DNA of 64,000 nt from contig CAYZYT010000004.1 in the NCBI GenBank assembly GCA_964482725.1, positions 23,824 through 87,823 of the forward strand, read 5' to 3'. Positions 20,147-28,297 of the stretch are shown piece after piece. The stretch is from an uncultured bacterium. GTDB taxonomy: Bacteria; Omnitrophota; Omnitrophia; Omnitrophales; Aquincolibacteriaceae. The notes under the pieces were generated by a model, which worked only from the letters and a program-made list of their open reading frames with translations, did not search any database and was not told the origin of the DNA. The position numbers and the translations under genes are program-made. The stretch's first letter is position 1, and each line of letters opens with the position of its first letter.

Positions 20147-20835
20147 AAGGCATCTCCTCCGGAAAGGGCGACTGTCCCTTTATCCCTGAGCAATGCCGCT
20201 TCACGGACCGGCGCGAAGCTGTAGCGATGAATGGGAGAAGGTCCTTTTTCTTTGAGGGCTTGCATGTGCTCGGCCGTCCCGTAGCCTTTGTGGCGATGGA
20301 ATCCATAGTGAGGATAAAGCTCATGGAGTTTTCGCATCCAGTGGTCGCGAAAAACTTTGGCCACGATCGAGGCGGCGGCAATGCTCGCTGATTTTCCATC
20401 ACCCTGGATCACGCCTTTTTGTTCGAGGGGAAGATCCAGGCGCATGGGGCCATCGATCAGAAGGCTTGCAGGAGTGTGCGGAAGATTCAGGACGGCCTTT
20501 TTCATGGCCAGGCGCGTGGCTTCGTAGATATTAAGTTCATCGATCTGTTTTTCGTCCGCGAAACCAATGCCGACGAGCGAGGCGCGCGCGATACGAACAT
20601 AAAGTTCTTCGCGGCGTTCGGCGCTCAGTTTTTTGGAGTCGTTGATGCCGGCAAGTGTCTCGGGCTTTAAAAGGATCACCGCCGCCGCAACGACGGGACC
20701 GGCCAAAGGACCGCGTCCGGCCTCATCCACGCCGGCCATCCACTCCCCGCCCCGGACGGGAGCTTCCTGCCGGTCAAAAGCCAAGAGCTTCTCCAGGAGA
20801 AGCGTCTTCCGAGATGCCTTTTTAGCAGCCTCCAT
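20143..20835 (-). CDS. rnhB: Ribonuclease HII
   Basis: GVDEAGRGPLAGPV, DSKKL, IAAASIVAKV, HKGYGT, HRYSF. Confidence 0.97.
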   Translation of the reverse strand: MEAAKKASRKTLLLEKLLAFDRQEAPVRGGEWMAGVDEAGRGPLAGPVVAAAVILLKPETLAGINDSKKLSAERREELYVRIARASLVGIGFADEKQIDELNIYEATRLAMKKAVLNLPHTPASLLIDGPMRLDLPLEQKGVIQGDGKSASIAAASIVAKVFRDHWMRKLHELYPHYGFHRHKGYGTAEHMQALKEKGPSPIHRYSFAPVREAALLRDKGTVALSGGDAL

Positions 20836-20857
20836 CGTGCAGGAGTGCGGAAGGGTG

Positions 20858-21169
20858 CTATAGGTTTTTCAGGTAATACAGCTTCGCGCGACGAACTTTG
20901 CCTTTTACGCTCACCGTAACCTTTTCCACGTTCGGAGAATGAAGCGGGAAGATCTTCTCGACTTTGTCTCCATAGCTTTCCTTGAGAACGGTAAAGCTGG
21001 CGCGAACGCCTTTTCCTTTTTTGCGGATGCAGACGCCCTCGAAAAGCTGCGTGCGGGTCTTATCGCCTTCTTTAACACGAACGTGCACCTTGAGGGTGTC
21101 ACCTACGCGGAATTCCGGCGTTTTTTTTGCTTTGGCTTCTTTTTCGACGATGTCCATTTTTGAGTTCAT
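20858..21169 (-). CDS. rplS: 50S ribosomal protein L19
   Basis: [16 protein letters not shown]...FEGVCI...[11 protein letters not shown]. Confidence 0.97.
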   Translation of the reverse strand: MNSKMDIVEKEAKAKKTPEFRVGDTLKVHVRVKEGDKTRTQLFEGVCIRKKGKGVRASFTVLKESYGDKVEKIFPLHSPNVEKVTVSVKGKVRRAKLYYLKNL

Positions 21170-21264
21170 GACCGTTCTCCTTTGTTTGCTGAAATTTCAA
21201 AAAGTAATGAATGCTGTTTTCGGTTACGTCAACGATGCGGATTTCGTAACCCTTGCCGCCCCTT

Positions 21265-21939
21265 CTATTTTTTAAATAAATCTGGTCGTTTTTTTCTCGT
21301 GACCTGCTCTGCGGCTTTTTTCCTCCAAACATCCAATTTCTTATGGTCGCCCGAAAAGAGAACCTCGGGCACTTCCCATCCCCGGTATTCCCGAGGCCTT
21401 GTGTAATGGGGATGTTCCAGCATCCCGGTTTGAAAGCTTTCGTGCTTGATCGATTCCGCGTTCCCCAAAACGCCGGGGAGAAGTCTTGTCACCGCCTCGA
21501 TCAAGCAAAGGGCCGGCGCTTCTCCTCCCATGGTAATAAAATCGCCCACCGATATTTCCTGGTCGATCAGGTGGTCCTTCACGCGTTGGTCCACGCCCTC
21601 ATAATGTCCGGCGATCAACACGAGATGTTTTTTCTTAGCAAGCTTCGCGGCCAGCGTCTGGCTCATCGGCTCGCCCTGAGGGTCCAGCAGCACCACCCAG
21701 GCCTCTTTCCCGATCGCTTCCACGCATTCGAAGATCGGCTCCGGCTTCATCACCATCCCCGCTCCGCCACCAAACGGCTTGTCATCCGCCGTTTTATGGC
21801 GATCGTGCGTCCAGTCCCGGAGATCATGCACCCGGACTTTCACAAGCCCCTTCGCCTGCGCCTTCTCTAAAAGCGATTCTTCGAGCGGGCTTTTAAAAAA
21901 AGCCGGGAAGAGCGTGACAATATCAATTAAAAATGCCAT
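21265..21939 (-). CDS. trmD: tRNA (guanine37-N1)-methyltransferase
   Basis: DDKPFGGGAGMV, GHYEGVDQR, SVGDFITMGGE, LEHPHYTRP. Confidence 0.97.
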   Translation of the reverse strand: MAFLIDIVTLFPAFFKSPLEESLLEKAQAKGLVKVRVHDLRDWTHDRHKTADDKPFGGGAGMVMKPEPIFECVEAIGKEAWVVLLDPQGEPMSQTLAAKLAKKKHLVLIAGHYEGVDQRVKDHLIDQEISVGDFITMGGEAPALCLIEAVTRLLPGVLGNAESIKHESFQTGMLEHPHYTRPREYRGWEVPEVLFSGDHKKLDVWRKKAAEQVTRKKRPDLFKK

Positions 21940-21964
21940 GAATGTTCCCTTGTCAGGAAAAAAT

Positions 21965-22228
21965 TCAGGCGCTTTTCTTCGCTTTTGTCTTTCTTTTCTC
22001 GCGGCGCACCAGGCTCTTCAAGGCCACGCTCATCTGCGCGCCCTGCTTCACCCAATAATCGAGCCGGTCCTGCTTCACGACGAAAATATCTTCTTTGGGA
22101 AGAGCGTCATAATAGCCGATCTCCTCGATGAAGCGTCCGTCGCGCGGCATCTTCGCGTCGCTGACCACGATGCGCCACTGAGGACGATTCTTGCTGCCGA
22201 AACGTTTCATTCTTATTTTGACTGCCAC
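21965..22228 (-). CDS. rpsP: 30S ribosomal protein S16
   Basis: MAVKIRMKRFG...PRDGRFIEEIGYY; GGAGG RBS before GTG start. Confidence 0.97.
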   Translation of the reverse strand: MAVKIRMKRFGSKNRPQWRIVVSDAKMPRDGRFIEEIGYYDALPKEDIFVVKQDRLDYWVKQGAQMSVALKSLVRREKRKTKAKKSA

Positions 22229-22242
22229 ATTGCCTCCTTGTT

Positions 22243-22320
22243 GATAGCGTTAAGCGATAGGCGTTAGGCGGTAAGTAAAAAACAAATTCTTTTTCTCTTA
22301 ACGCTTACCGCTTTCCGCTG
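22243..22320. repeat. Intergenic heptamer-repeat hairpin (murA-rpsP)
   Basis: taagcga taggcgt taggcgg ... ttaacgc ttaccgc tttccgc. Confidence 0.7.
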
Positions 22321-22326
22321 CTTTTA

Positions 22327-23592
22327 TTATTCTTTTTCTCTGCGGATGACCGCACCGAGGGCCGTAAGTTTCTGTTCGAGGTTCTCATAACCCCGGTCCA
22401 GATGGTACACGCGCTGGACTTCCGTCGCGCCTTCTGCCACCAGGCCCGCAAGCACAAGTGCCGCGCTGGCCCTAAGATCGGAGGCCATCACAGGCGCTCC
22501 GCTCAATTTTTTGACGCCATGCACAATGGCGCTCGGCCCTTCCAAAAAAACCTTTGCACCCATACGGCCGAGTTCGGGCACATGCATAAAACGATTCGGG
22601 TAGATCTTTTCTGTGATCACGCTGATCCCCGGCGTGATCGTCGCAAGCGCCATCGCCTGCGCCTGCAGATCCGTCGGGAACGCCGGATAGGGCAGCGTGG
22701 TGATGTCCACGGGCTTCAGCCTCCCGTTCTTTCTTACGCGCGCGGAGTTCTTGAACTTTTCGACGCGCACACCCGCCTGATGAAGCTTGTCGATCACCGC
22801 GTTAAGATGGCTGGGCTCCATTTTCCGAACCAAAATATCCCCGCCTGTGATCGCCGCCGCGTAAAGAAAAGTTCCCGCTTCGATCCGGTCCGGGATCACC
22901 TGATGCTCCGCACCGTGGAGTTTCCGAACGCCCTCGATCTCGATGCGCGGCGACCCCTCGCCGGCGATCTTCGCGCCCATTTTCCTTAAGAATCTCGCAA
23001 GGTCCACAACTTCGGGTTCACACGCCGCATTCTCGATCACGGTTTTCCCGTGCGCGAGCGTCGCGGCCATCATCACATTATCCGTGGCCAACACCGACGA
23101 ACCGTAACCACCGCCGAGATAGATCTCCGCCCCGCGTAATTTTTTTTTCGCTTGGACCTTCACATAGCCGTGTTCAATATGGATCTCGGCATTCAGCGCT
23201 TCCAGCCCCTTTAAATGAAGGTCGATCGGCCTGGGTCCGATCGCGCATCCCCCCGGAAGCGATACTTCCGCTTCTCCGAGCCGCGCCAAAAGAGGCCCCA
23301 ACACGCACACCGACGCGCGCATGGTCTTCACCAACTTGTAAGGCGCGAGCGGCTTCAGGTTCTTGCCCGGCTTCACTTTCAAACAACCGTGTTCAAGGAT
23401 CGCCTTCGCCCCCAGCGACCTCAGGAGTTTCACCATCGTATGGACATCCCAAAGCGACGGGACGTTCGTAATGACGGATTCTTCCTCGGAAAGAAGCGCT
23501 GCCGCCATGATCGGCAACACGGCATTCTTGGACCCGGAAACATCCACCTCGCCCTTGAGCCGATTGCCGCCTTGAATAATGATTTTATCCAT
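22327..23592 (-). CDS. murA: UDP-N-acetylglucosamine 1-carboxyvinyltransferase
   Basis: [20 protein letters not shown] (active-site Cys), FPTDLQ, DLRASA, HLDRGY. Confidence 0.97.
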   Translation of the reverse strand: MDKIIIQGGNRLKGEVDVSGSKNAVLPIMAAALLSEEESVITNVPSLWDVHTMVKLLRSLGAKAILEHGCLKVKPGKNLKPLAPYKLVKTMRASVCVLGPLLARLGEAEVSLPGGCAIGPRPIDLHLKGLEALNAEIHIEHGYVKVQAKKKLRGAEIYLGGGYGSSVLATDNVMMAATLAHGKTVIENAACEPEVVDLARFLRKMGAKIAGEGSPRIEIEGVRKLHGAEHQVIPDRIEAGTFLYAAAITGGDILVRKMEPSHLNAVIDKLHQAGVRVEKFKNSARVRKNGRLKPVDITTLPYPAFPTDLQAQAMALATITPGISVITEKIYPNRFMHVPELGRMGAKVFLEGPSAIVHGVKKLSGAPVMASDLRASAALVLAGLVAEGATEVQRVYHLDRGYENLEQKLTALGAVIRREKE

Positions 23593-23604
23593 TAATTTTC
23601 CCGA

Positions 23605-23677
23605 ATGGTAGAAGGCGGAAGGCGGAGGGCGTCAAACTTTTTGTTTCTCGCTTTACTCCATCTTCCATCCACCATCC
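23605..23677. repeat. Intergenic heptamer-repeat hairpin (prmC-murA)
   Basis: gaaggcg gaaggcg gagggcg ... ctccatc ttccatc ccaccatc. Confidence 0.7.
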
Positions 23678-24661
23678 TCATGGGTTCCTAGCTATAATGA
23701 CTCTTTCGATCCCCAAATGGTCCTTGAAACGCTGGATATTATCATAACCCGCGGTCTGAAGCCACTTTGAAACCGTATCCGCCTGCCCCTGCCCCACTTC
23801 GAGGGCAAGCCGCCCACCGGAGATCAAGTGACCGCGCGCGCCGGCAATGATCTTCCGGTAGAAATCCAGACCGTCTTTTCCGCCGTCTAAAGCCCTTCTG
23901 GGCTCAAACTTAAGCTCTTCCTGGACCCCGTTCCAATCCTTTTCTGATAAATAAGGCGGATTGGAAACGATCCAGCAAAATTGCTCGCCATGAAGTTCGT
24001 CATTCTGAGCGAAGCGAAGAATCTCATCTTGAGATCCTTCAGCTCTTCGAGTTGCAGGATGACGAGAGGCAAGACCTCCAAAACAATTCCCCTTCACAAG
24101 CCGTGCGCGATCTTGCAACCCATACTTCTCAACATTAATTCTTGCCACTTCAAGCGCTTCTTCGGAGATATCCAGAAGTGTCCCATGAGCTTCAGGAAAT
24201 TCCCGGAGCAACGCAACCGCAATCGCGCCGGAACCTGTCCCGATATCTAAAAATGAAAACGACCCTAAAAGGACAGTCCCTTTAAAGACCTGAGAGGGAC
24301 TGTTCCCCTTCATGGCCTTCAAAACCTGCTCGATCAGGATCTCCGTCTCCGGCCGCGGGATGAGACATCTCTCATCCACATACAAAGTTTCCTGCCAAAA
24401 GTCGGCTTCGTTCAGCAAATACGCCAGCGGTATTCTCTGGAGCCGCTTTTCAACAATCGCTAGAAACCGTTCTCGGACGCCCGATTCGATCAGCTCGTGC
24501 TCTCTTAAGTAGATCTCAGAGCGCTGACAGCTGAGAAGTTTCATCAAAATGCGTTCGCACTCTTCTTGCGCCTCATCGATGCCGGCTCTTAAAAGCTCCT
24601 CTCGCCCCCAAGCGATCCATTCGAGAAGCTCGCTCTTCTTCGGTTTTTTTGCACAACTCAT
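23678..24661 (-). CDS. prmC: Release factor glutamine methyltransferase with two in-frame palindromic insertions
   Basis: LIPRPETE, LDIGTGSGAIA, SNPPY, FEPRRALDGGKDGLDFY; downstream of prfA; 327 aa, longer than the usual ~280. Confidence 0.95.
   Translation of the reverse strand: MSCAKKPKKSELLEWIAWGREELLRAGIDEAQEECERILMKLLSCQRSEIYLREHELIESGVRERFLAIVEKRLQRIPLAYLLNEADFWQETLYVDERCLIPRPETEILIEQVLKAMKGNSPSQVFKGTVLLGSFSFLDIGTGSGAIAVALLREFPEAHGTLLDISEEALEVARINVEKYGLQDRARLVKGNCFGGLASRHPATRRAEGSQDEILRFAQNDELHGEQFCWIVSNPPYLSEKDWNGVQEELKFEPRRALDGGKDGLDFYRKIIAGARGHLISGGRLALEVGQGQADTVSKWLQTAGYDNIQRFKDHLGIERVIIARNP
23997..24065. repeat. 69-bp palindromic (REP/RPE-like) element inserted in frame in prmC
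   Basis: tcgtcattctg...gaagaatctca-tct-tgagatccttc...caggatgacga nested inverted repeat; encodes RHPATRRAEGSQDEILRFAQND. Confidence 0.8.
24268..24310. repeat. GGACAGTCCCT-N13-AGGGACTGTTCC palindrome inside prmC
   Basis: Inverted repeat encoding KGNSPSQVFKGTVLL just before the SAM-binding motif. Confidence 0.7.
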
Positions 24662-25728
24662 AGCGTTGTGAGAAGGCGTGCTTTTTCGTCTTCCGCGAGC
24701 GCTTCCACAACCGGATCGAGCTTCCCGTCCAGGATCTGGTTCAGGCTGTGAAGCGTGAGTCCGATCCGGTGATCCGTCAGGCGATTGTCCGGATAGTTGT
24801 AGGTCCGGATCTTGCCCGAGCGATCGCCCGAACCAATCTGCGCCTTGCGATTCTTCGCGACCTCCGCCTCCTGCTGCGCACGGCGGAAATCAAAGATCTT
24901 GGCGCGCAAAATACGCATCGCCTTCGCTTTATTCTTCTGCTGCGACCGCTCATCCTGGCACGCGACCACGAAACCCGTCGGCATATGCGTGATACGCACC
25001 GCCGATTCGGTCTTATTCACGTGCTGCCCGCCGGCTCCGGACGCGCGATAGACGTCGATCCTAAGATCGTCCGCCTTGATCTCGATCTCTTCTTCTTCAA
25101 CATCCGGCAACACCGCCACCGTGACAGCTGAGGTGTGGATGCGTCCGCTCGCCTCGGTTTTCGGTACGCGCTGGACGCGGTGGATCCCGCTTTCATATTT
25201 GAAAAAGCTGAACACATGATCCCCGGTCACGCCAAAAATGATCTCTTTGAACCCGCCGATCCCGGTAGGGTTCGTGTCCATCACTTCGACGCGCAAACCA
25301 TGATTGCCCGCATACATGCTGTACATACGGAAAAGATCCCCCGCAAAAAGCGCCGCTTCTTCCCCGCCTGTCCCCGCACGAATTTCAACGATCACGTCCC
25401 GCGCCGCATCGGGCTGCATGTCCCGCAAGAAAAGTTCCTCGAGCTTGCCTTCCCGCTCCTCCTGCCCCTCTTCGAGCGTTTGCAGCTCTTCGGTGATGAG
25501 GCTTTTCATAGCCTCGTCGCCATGGCTATCGACAAGACTGTGCTTGAGACCGGCCACTTCCTTTTCCGTCGCCTTGTATTTTTCAAAGAGCTCCATGATC
25601 GGCCTGAGCAGGGACATCTCCTTGCTCAAAGCCTGGAACTTGCTCCGGGCGGTATCCGAGCTCGAGAGCAGCACCTCAAGCTCCCGAAACCTGGCTTCCG
25701 TTTTTTCTAGACGTTCACGGATTCTCAT
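24658..25728 (-). CDS. prfA: Peptide chain release factor 1
   Basis: EIRAGTGGEEAALF, HRVQRVPKTE (PxT), GAGGQHVN, IRTYNYP. Confidence 0.97.
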   Translation of the reverse strand: MRIRERLEKTEARFRELEVLLSSSDTARSKFQALSKEMSLLRPIMELFEKYKATEKEVAGLKHSLVDSHGDEAMKSLITEELQTLEEGQEEREGKLEELFLRDMQPDAARDVIVEIRAGTGGEEAALFAGDLFRMYSMYAGNHGLRVEVMDTNPTGIGGFKEIIFGVTGDHVFSFFKYESGIHRVQRVPKTEASGRIHTSAVTVAVLPDVEEEEIEIKADDLRIDVYRASGAGGQHVNKTESAVRITHMPTGFVVACQDERSQQKNKAKAMRILRAKIFDFRRAQQEAEVAKNRKAQIGSGDRSGKIRTYNYPDNRLTDHRIGLTLHSLNQILDGKLDPVVEALAEDEKARLLTTL

Positions 25729-25734
25729 ACAAAA

Positions 25735-25810
25735 GCCGGATGGAGGGTCACGGAGGGAGGAGGGCGAAAAACCATGGTGCGCCTTCCTCCATCCTCCCTC
25801 CGATATCCGT
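25735..25810. repeat. Intergenic GGAGG/CCTCC-rich hairpin (rpmE-prfA)
   Basis: ggatggaggg...ggagggaggagggcg ... cgccttcctccatcctccctcc; shares a 19-mer with the element at 55511. Confidence 0.7.
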
Positions 25811-25812
25811 TA

Positions 25813-26136
25813 TTATTTTCCTTCCGCCTGGACCTTGGCCTTCAGGGCCTGGAGTTTTTCTTTCCGGGCATCTTCGGAAAATTTAAGCTTCACCGGCATC
25901 TTGAGCGCCACTTTGGTCGATTTCTTGTTGACGGCCACGCGATCCTGGAACTTCTTCTTGAATCGGTCAATACGCCCGGCGGTGTCCAGGATCTTCTGCT
26001 TGCCCGTATAGAACGGGTGGCAACTCGAACAGATATCCACGCGCATCTGAGGCATGACGCTGCGGGTCTCGATCACGTTGCCGCAGGCACACTGGATGCT
26101 GGAAGGACCATATTTCGGATGAATTTCTTTTTTCAT
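25813..26136 (-). CDS. rpmE: 50S ribosomal protein L31 (Zn-ribbon type) with basic C-terminal extension
   Basis: [35 protein letters not shown]. Confidence 0.97.
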   Translation of the reverse strand: MKKEIHPKYGPSSIQCACGNVIETRSVMPQMRVDICSSCHPFYTGKQKILDTAGRIDRFKKKFQDRVAVNKKSTKVALKMPVKLKFSEDARKEKLQALKAKVQAEGK

Positions 26137-26140
26137 TTTG

Positions 26141-27607
26141 TTACTCCTTTACTTTATTCATGCTGATAAGAAAATCAGCGTTGGATTTGGTTTTTTTAAG
26201 ACGGTCCACCAAAAGCTCCATTGCTTCTGACGGGTTCAGCTCGTTTAAGACCTTGCGGAGGATCCACACCCGGTTGAGCTCTTCGGCGGGGATCAGCAGG
26301 TCCTCTTTACGCGTGTTGGATTTCTTCACATCAATGGCCGGATAGATCCTGCGCTGGAAGAGATTGCGATCCAGCTGCAGTTCCATATTGCCCGTCCCCT
26401 TGAACTCTTCGAAAATGACCTCGTCCATGCGTGATCCCGTATCCACGAGCGCGGTGGCGATGATCGTGATGCTGCCGCCTTCTTCCACGTTGCGGGCCGA
26501 ACCAAAAAATCGTTTCGGTTTGTGGAGCGCGTTCGAGTCCACGCCTCCCGAGAGGATCTTCCCGGAATGCGGCGCAACGGTGTTGTACGCGCGAGCAAGA
26601 CGCGTGATGCTGTCCAAAAGGATCACCACGTCGCGTTTGTGCTCGACCAAACGCTTGGCTTTCTCGAGCACGATCTCCGCGACCTGGACATGCCGGTCGG
26701 CGGGTTCGTCAAAGGTCGAGGCAATGACCTCGCCTTTCACGGAGCGCTGCATGTCCGTCACTTCCTCCGGGCGTTCATCAATGAGAAGAACGATCAGATA
26801 AGAATCGGGATGGTTCGTCGTGATGCTATTGGCAAGCTTCTGAAGCAGGATCGTTTTACCGCTGTAGGGCGGCGCCACAATGAGGCCTCTCTGGCCGAAA
26901 CCGATCGGCGTTAGAAGGTCCATCACGCGCATCGAGACTTCTTCCTGCGTGGTCTCCAGCTTGATCCGCTGGTCCGGATAAAGCGGCGTCAGGTTGTCGA
27001 ACGCGATCTTGTCTTTGGCGCTGTCCGGCGCCTCAAAATTGATGAGCTCGACCTTGAGCAGGGCAAAATACCGCTCGCCTTCTTTGGGCGGACGGATCAG
27101 CCCGCCCACCACATCGCCGGTCCTCAAATTAAATCGGCGGATCTGGCTGGGGCTCACATAGATATCGTCCGGCGAAGGAAGATAATTGTAATTGGGAGAG
27201 CGAAGGAAACCGAACCCGTCCTCCAGGATCTCCAGCACACCTTCCCCGAACATGAGTCCCGACTGCTGGGCCTGGCCCTGAAGGATCTTGAAGATCAGGT
27301 CCTGGCGCTTGAGCCCGGCAACGTTTTCGACGTTGAATTTGTGCGCCATTTTCTGAAGCTCGCTGATCTTCATCTGCTTCAGGCTCACCACATCGAGCGG
27401 CTTCTCGCCCGATTTCTGCTGTTGCAGCGCCTTTTCCAGGGCTTCCCCGTTGGCGGCCGCGTCTTCTTGCATCATGCGGGGCGGACGCGGCTTCGCGTTC
27501 CCCTCCTCACCGCGGCGGTGATGCGGATGGGTTCTTTCTCTGGGTTCCCGAATTTCTCTTGTTTCTCTTGTCATGGTGGATTGGCTCCTTTTTAAATGTG
27601 CAGACAT
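26141..27607 (-). CDS. rho: Transcription termination factor Rho
   Basis: [19 protein letters not shown], Walker [28 protein letters not shown]. Confidence 0.97.
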   Translation of the reverse strand: MSAHLKRSQSTMTRETREIREPRERTHPHHRRGEEGNAKPRPPRMMQEDAAANGEALEKALQQQKSGEKPLDVVSLKQMKISELQKMAHKFNVENVAGLKRQDLIFKILQGQAQQSGLMFGEGVLEILEDGFGFLRSPNYNYLPSPDDIYVSPSQIRRFNLRTGDVVGGLIRPPKEGERYFALLKVELINFEAPDSAKDKIAFDNLTPLYPDQRIKLETTQEEVSMRVMDLLTPIGFGQRGLIVAPPYSGKTILLQKLANSITTNHPDSYLIVLLIDERPEEVTDMQRSVKGEVIASTFDEPADRHVQVAEIVLEKAKRLVEHKRDVVILLDSITRLARAYNTVAPHSGKILSGGVDSNALHKPKRFFGSARNVEEGGSITIIATALVDTGSRMDEVIFEEFKGTGNMELQLDRNLFQRRIYPAIDVKKSNTRKEDLLIPAEELNRVWILRKVLNELNPSEAMELLVDRLKKTKSNADFLISMNKVKE

Positions 27608-27640
27608 TTTATGAGCGGCACGCTCAAAAAATGTAGGCCG

Positions 27641-28297
27641 TCAGGCCGTCTGCGAATTGAGTCCGCCGGGCTCTGTGGCGGATTTACGAATGCTTCCTGT
27701 TTTCTGAATGCTGACGAATTTGTACCAAAGCCGTTCGATCTCCCTTTGTGTTTGATAAATAGACTTCGAATTATCGATGACGAAATTTGCTTTCTGCGCT
27801 TTCAAGGCTTCGGACATTTGGGCCCGCTCGCGAGCCCGAACTTCCTGCTCGGTAAACTTCTTATTTACAAGGCGTTTCATTTTAACGGTCGAATTGCAGG
27901 TCACGGTCACGACCTTGTCGCAGAGGGTTTCAAAGCCGGCCTCAAAAAGAAGCGGTACTTCCACGAGGATCACTCGCCGGTCGGACATTTCGATCCTTTC
28001 CTTGATCTTTTCATAGACATACGGGTGAATGATCGCCTCGAGCTCTTTGCGTTTCTTAGGATCGGCAAAAACGATCTCCGCGACTTTTTCCCGGTCCATT
28101 TTCTTGCCTCCGGGATGAAGGGCTTCTTCAAAAAGCTCGATGATGGGATCAAAGACAGGGCTGCCTTTTTTCATGGCGTCATGAGCGATCTCGTCGGCAT
28201 CGATGATCTCGGCGCCCATGTTCTTAAAACGCTGCGCGACCGAACTTTTTCCGACCCCGAAACCGCCTGTCAGTCCTACGATCAATTTTTGTACCAT
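27641..28297 (-). CDS. coaE: Dephospho-CoA kinase
   Basis: VGLTGGFGVGKS, IDAD, LEAIIHP, EVPLLFE. Confidence 0.95.
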   Translation of the reverse strand: MVQKLIVGLTGGFGVGKSSVAQRFKNMGAEIIDADEIAHDAMKKGSPVFDPIIELFEEALHPGGKKMDREKVAEIVFADPKKRKELEAIIHPYVYEKIKERIEMSDRRVILVEVPLLFEAGFETLCDKVVTVTCNSTVKMKRLVNKKFTEQEVRARERAQMSEALKAQKANFVIDNSKSIYQTQREIERLWYKFVSIQKTGSIRKSATEPGGLNSQTA

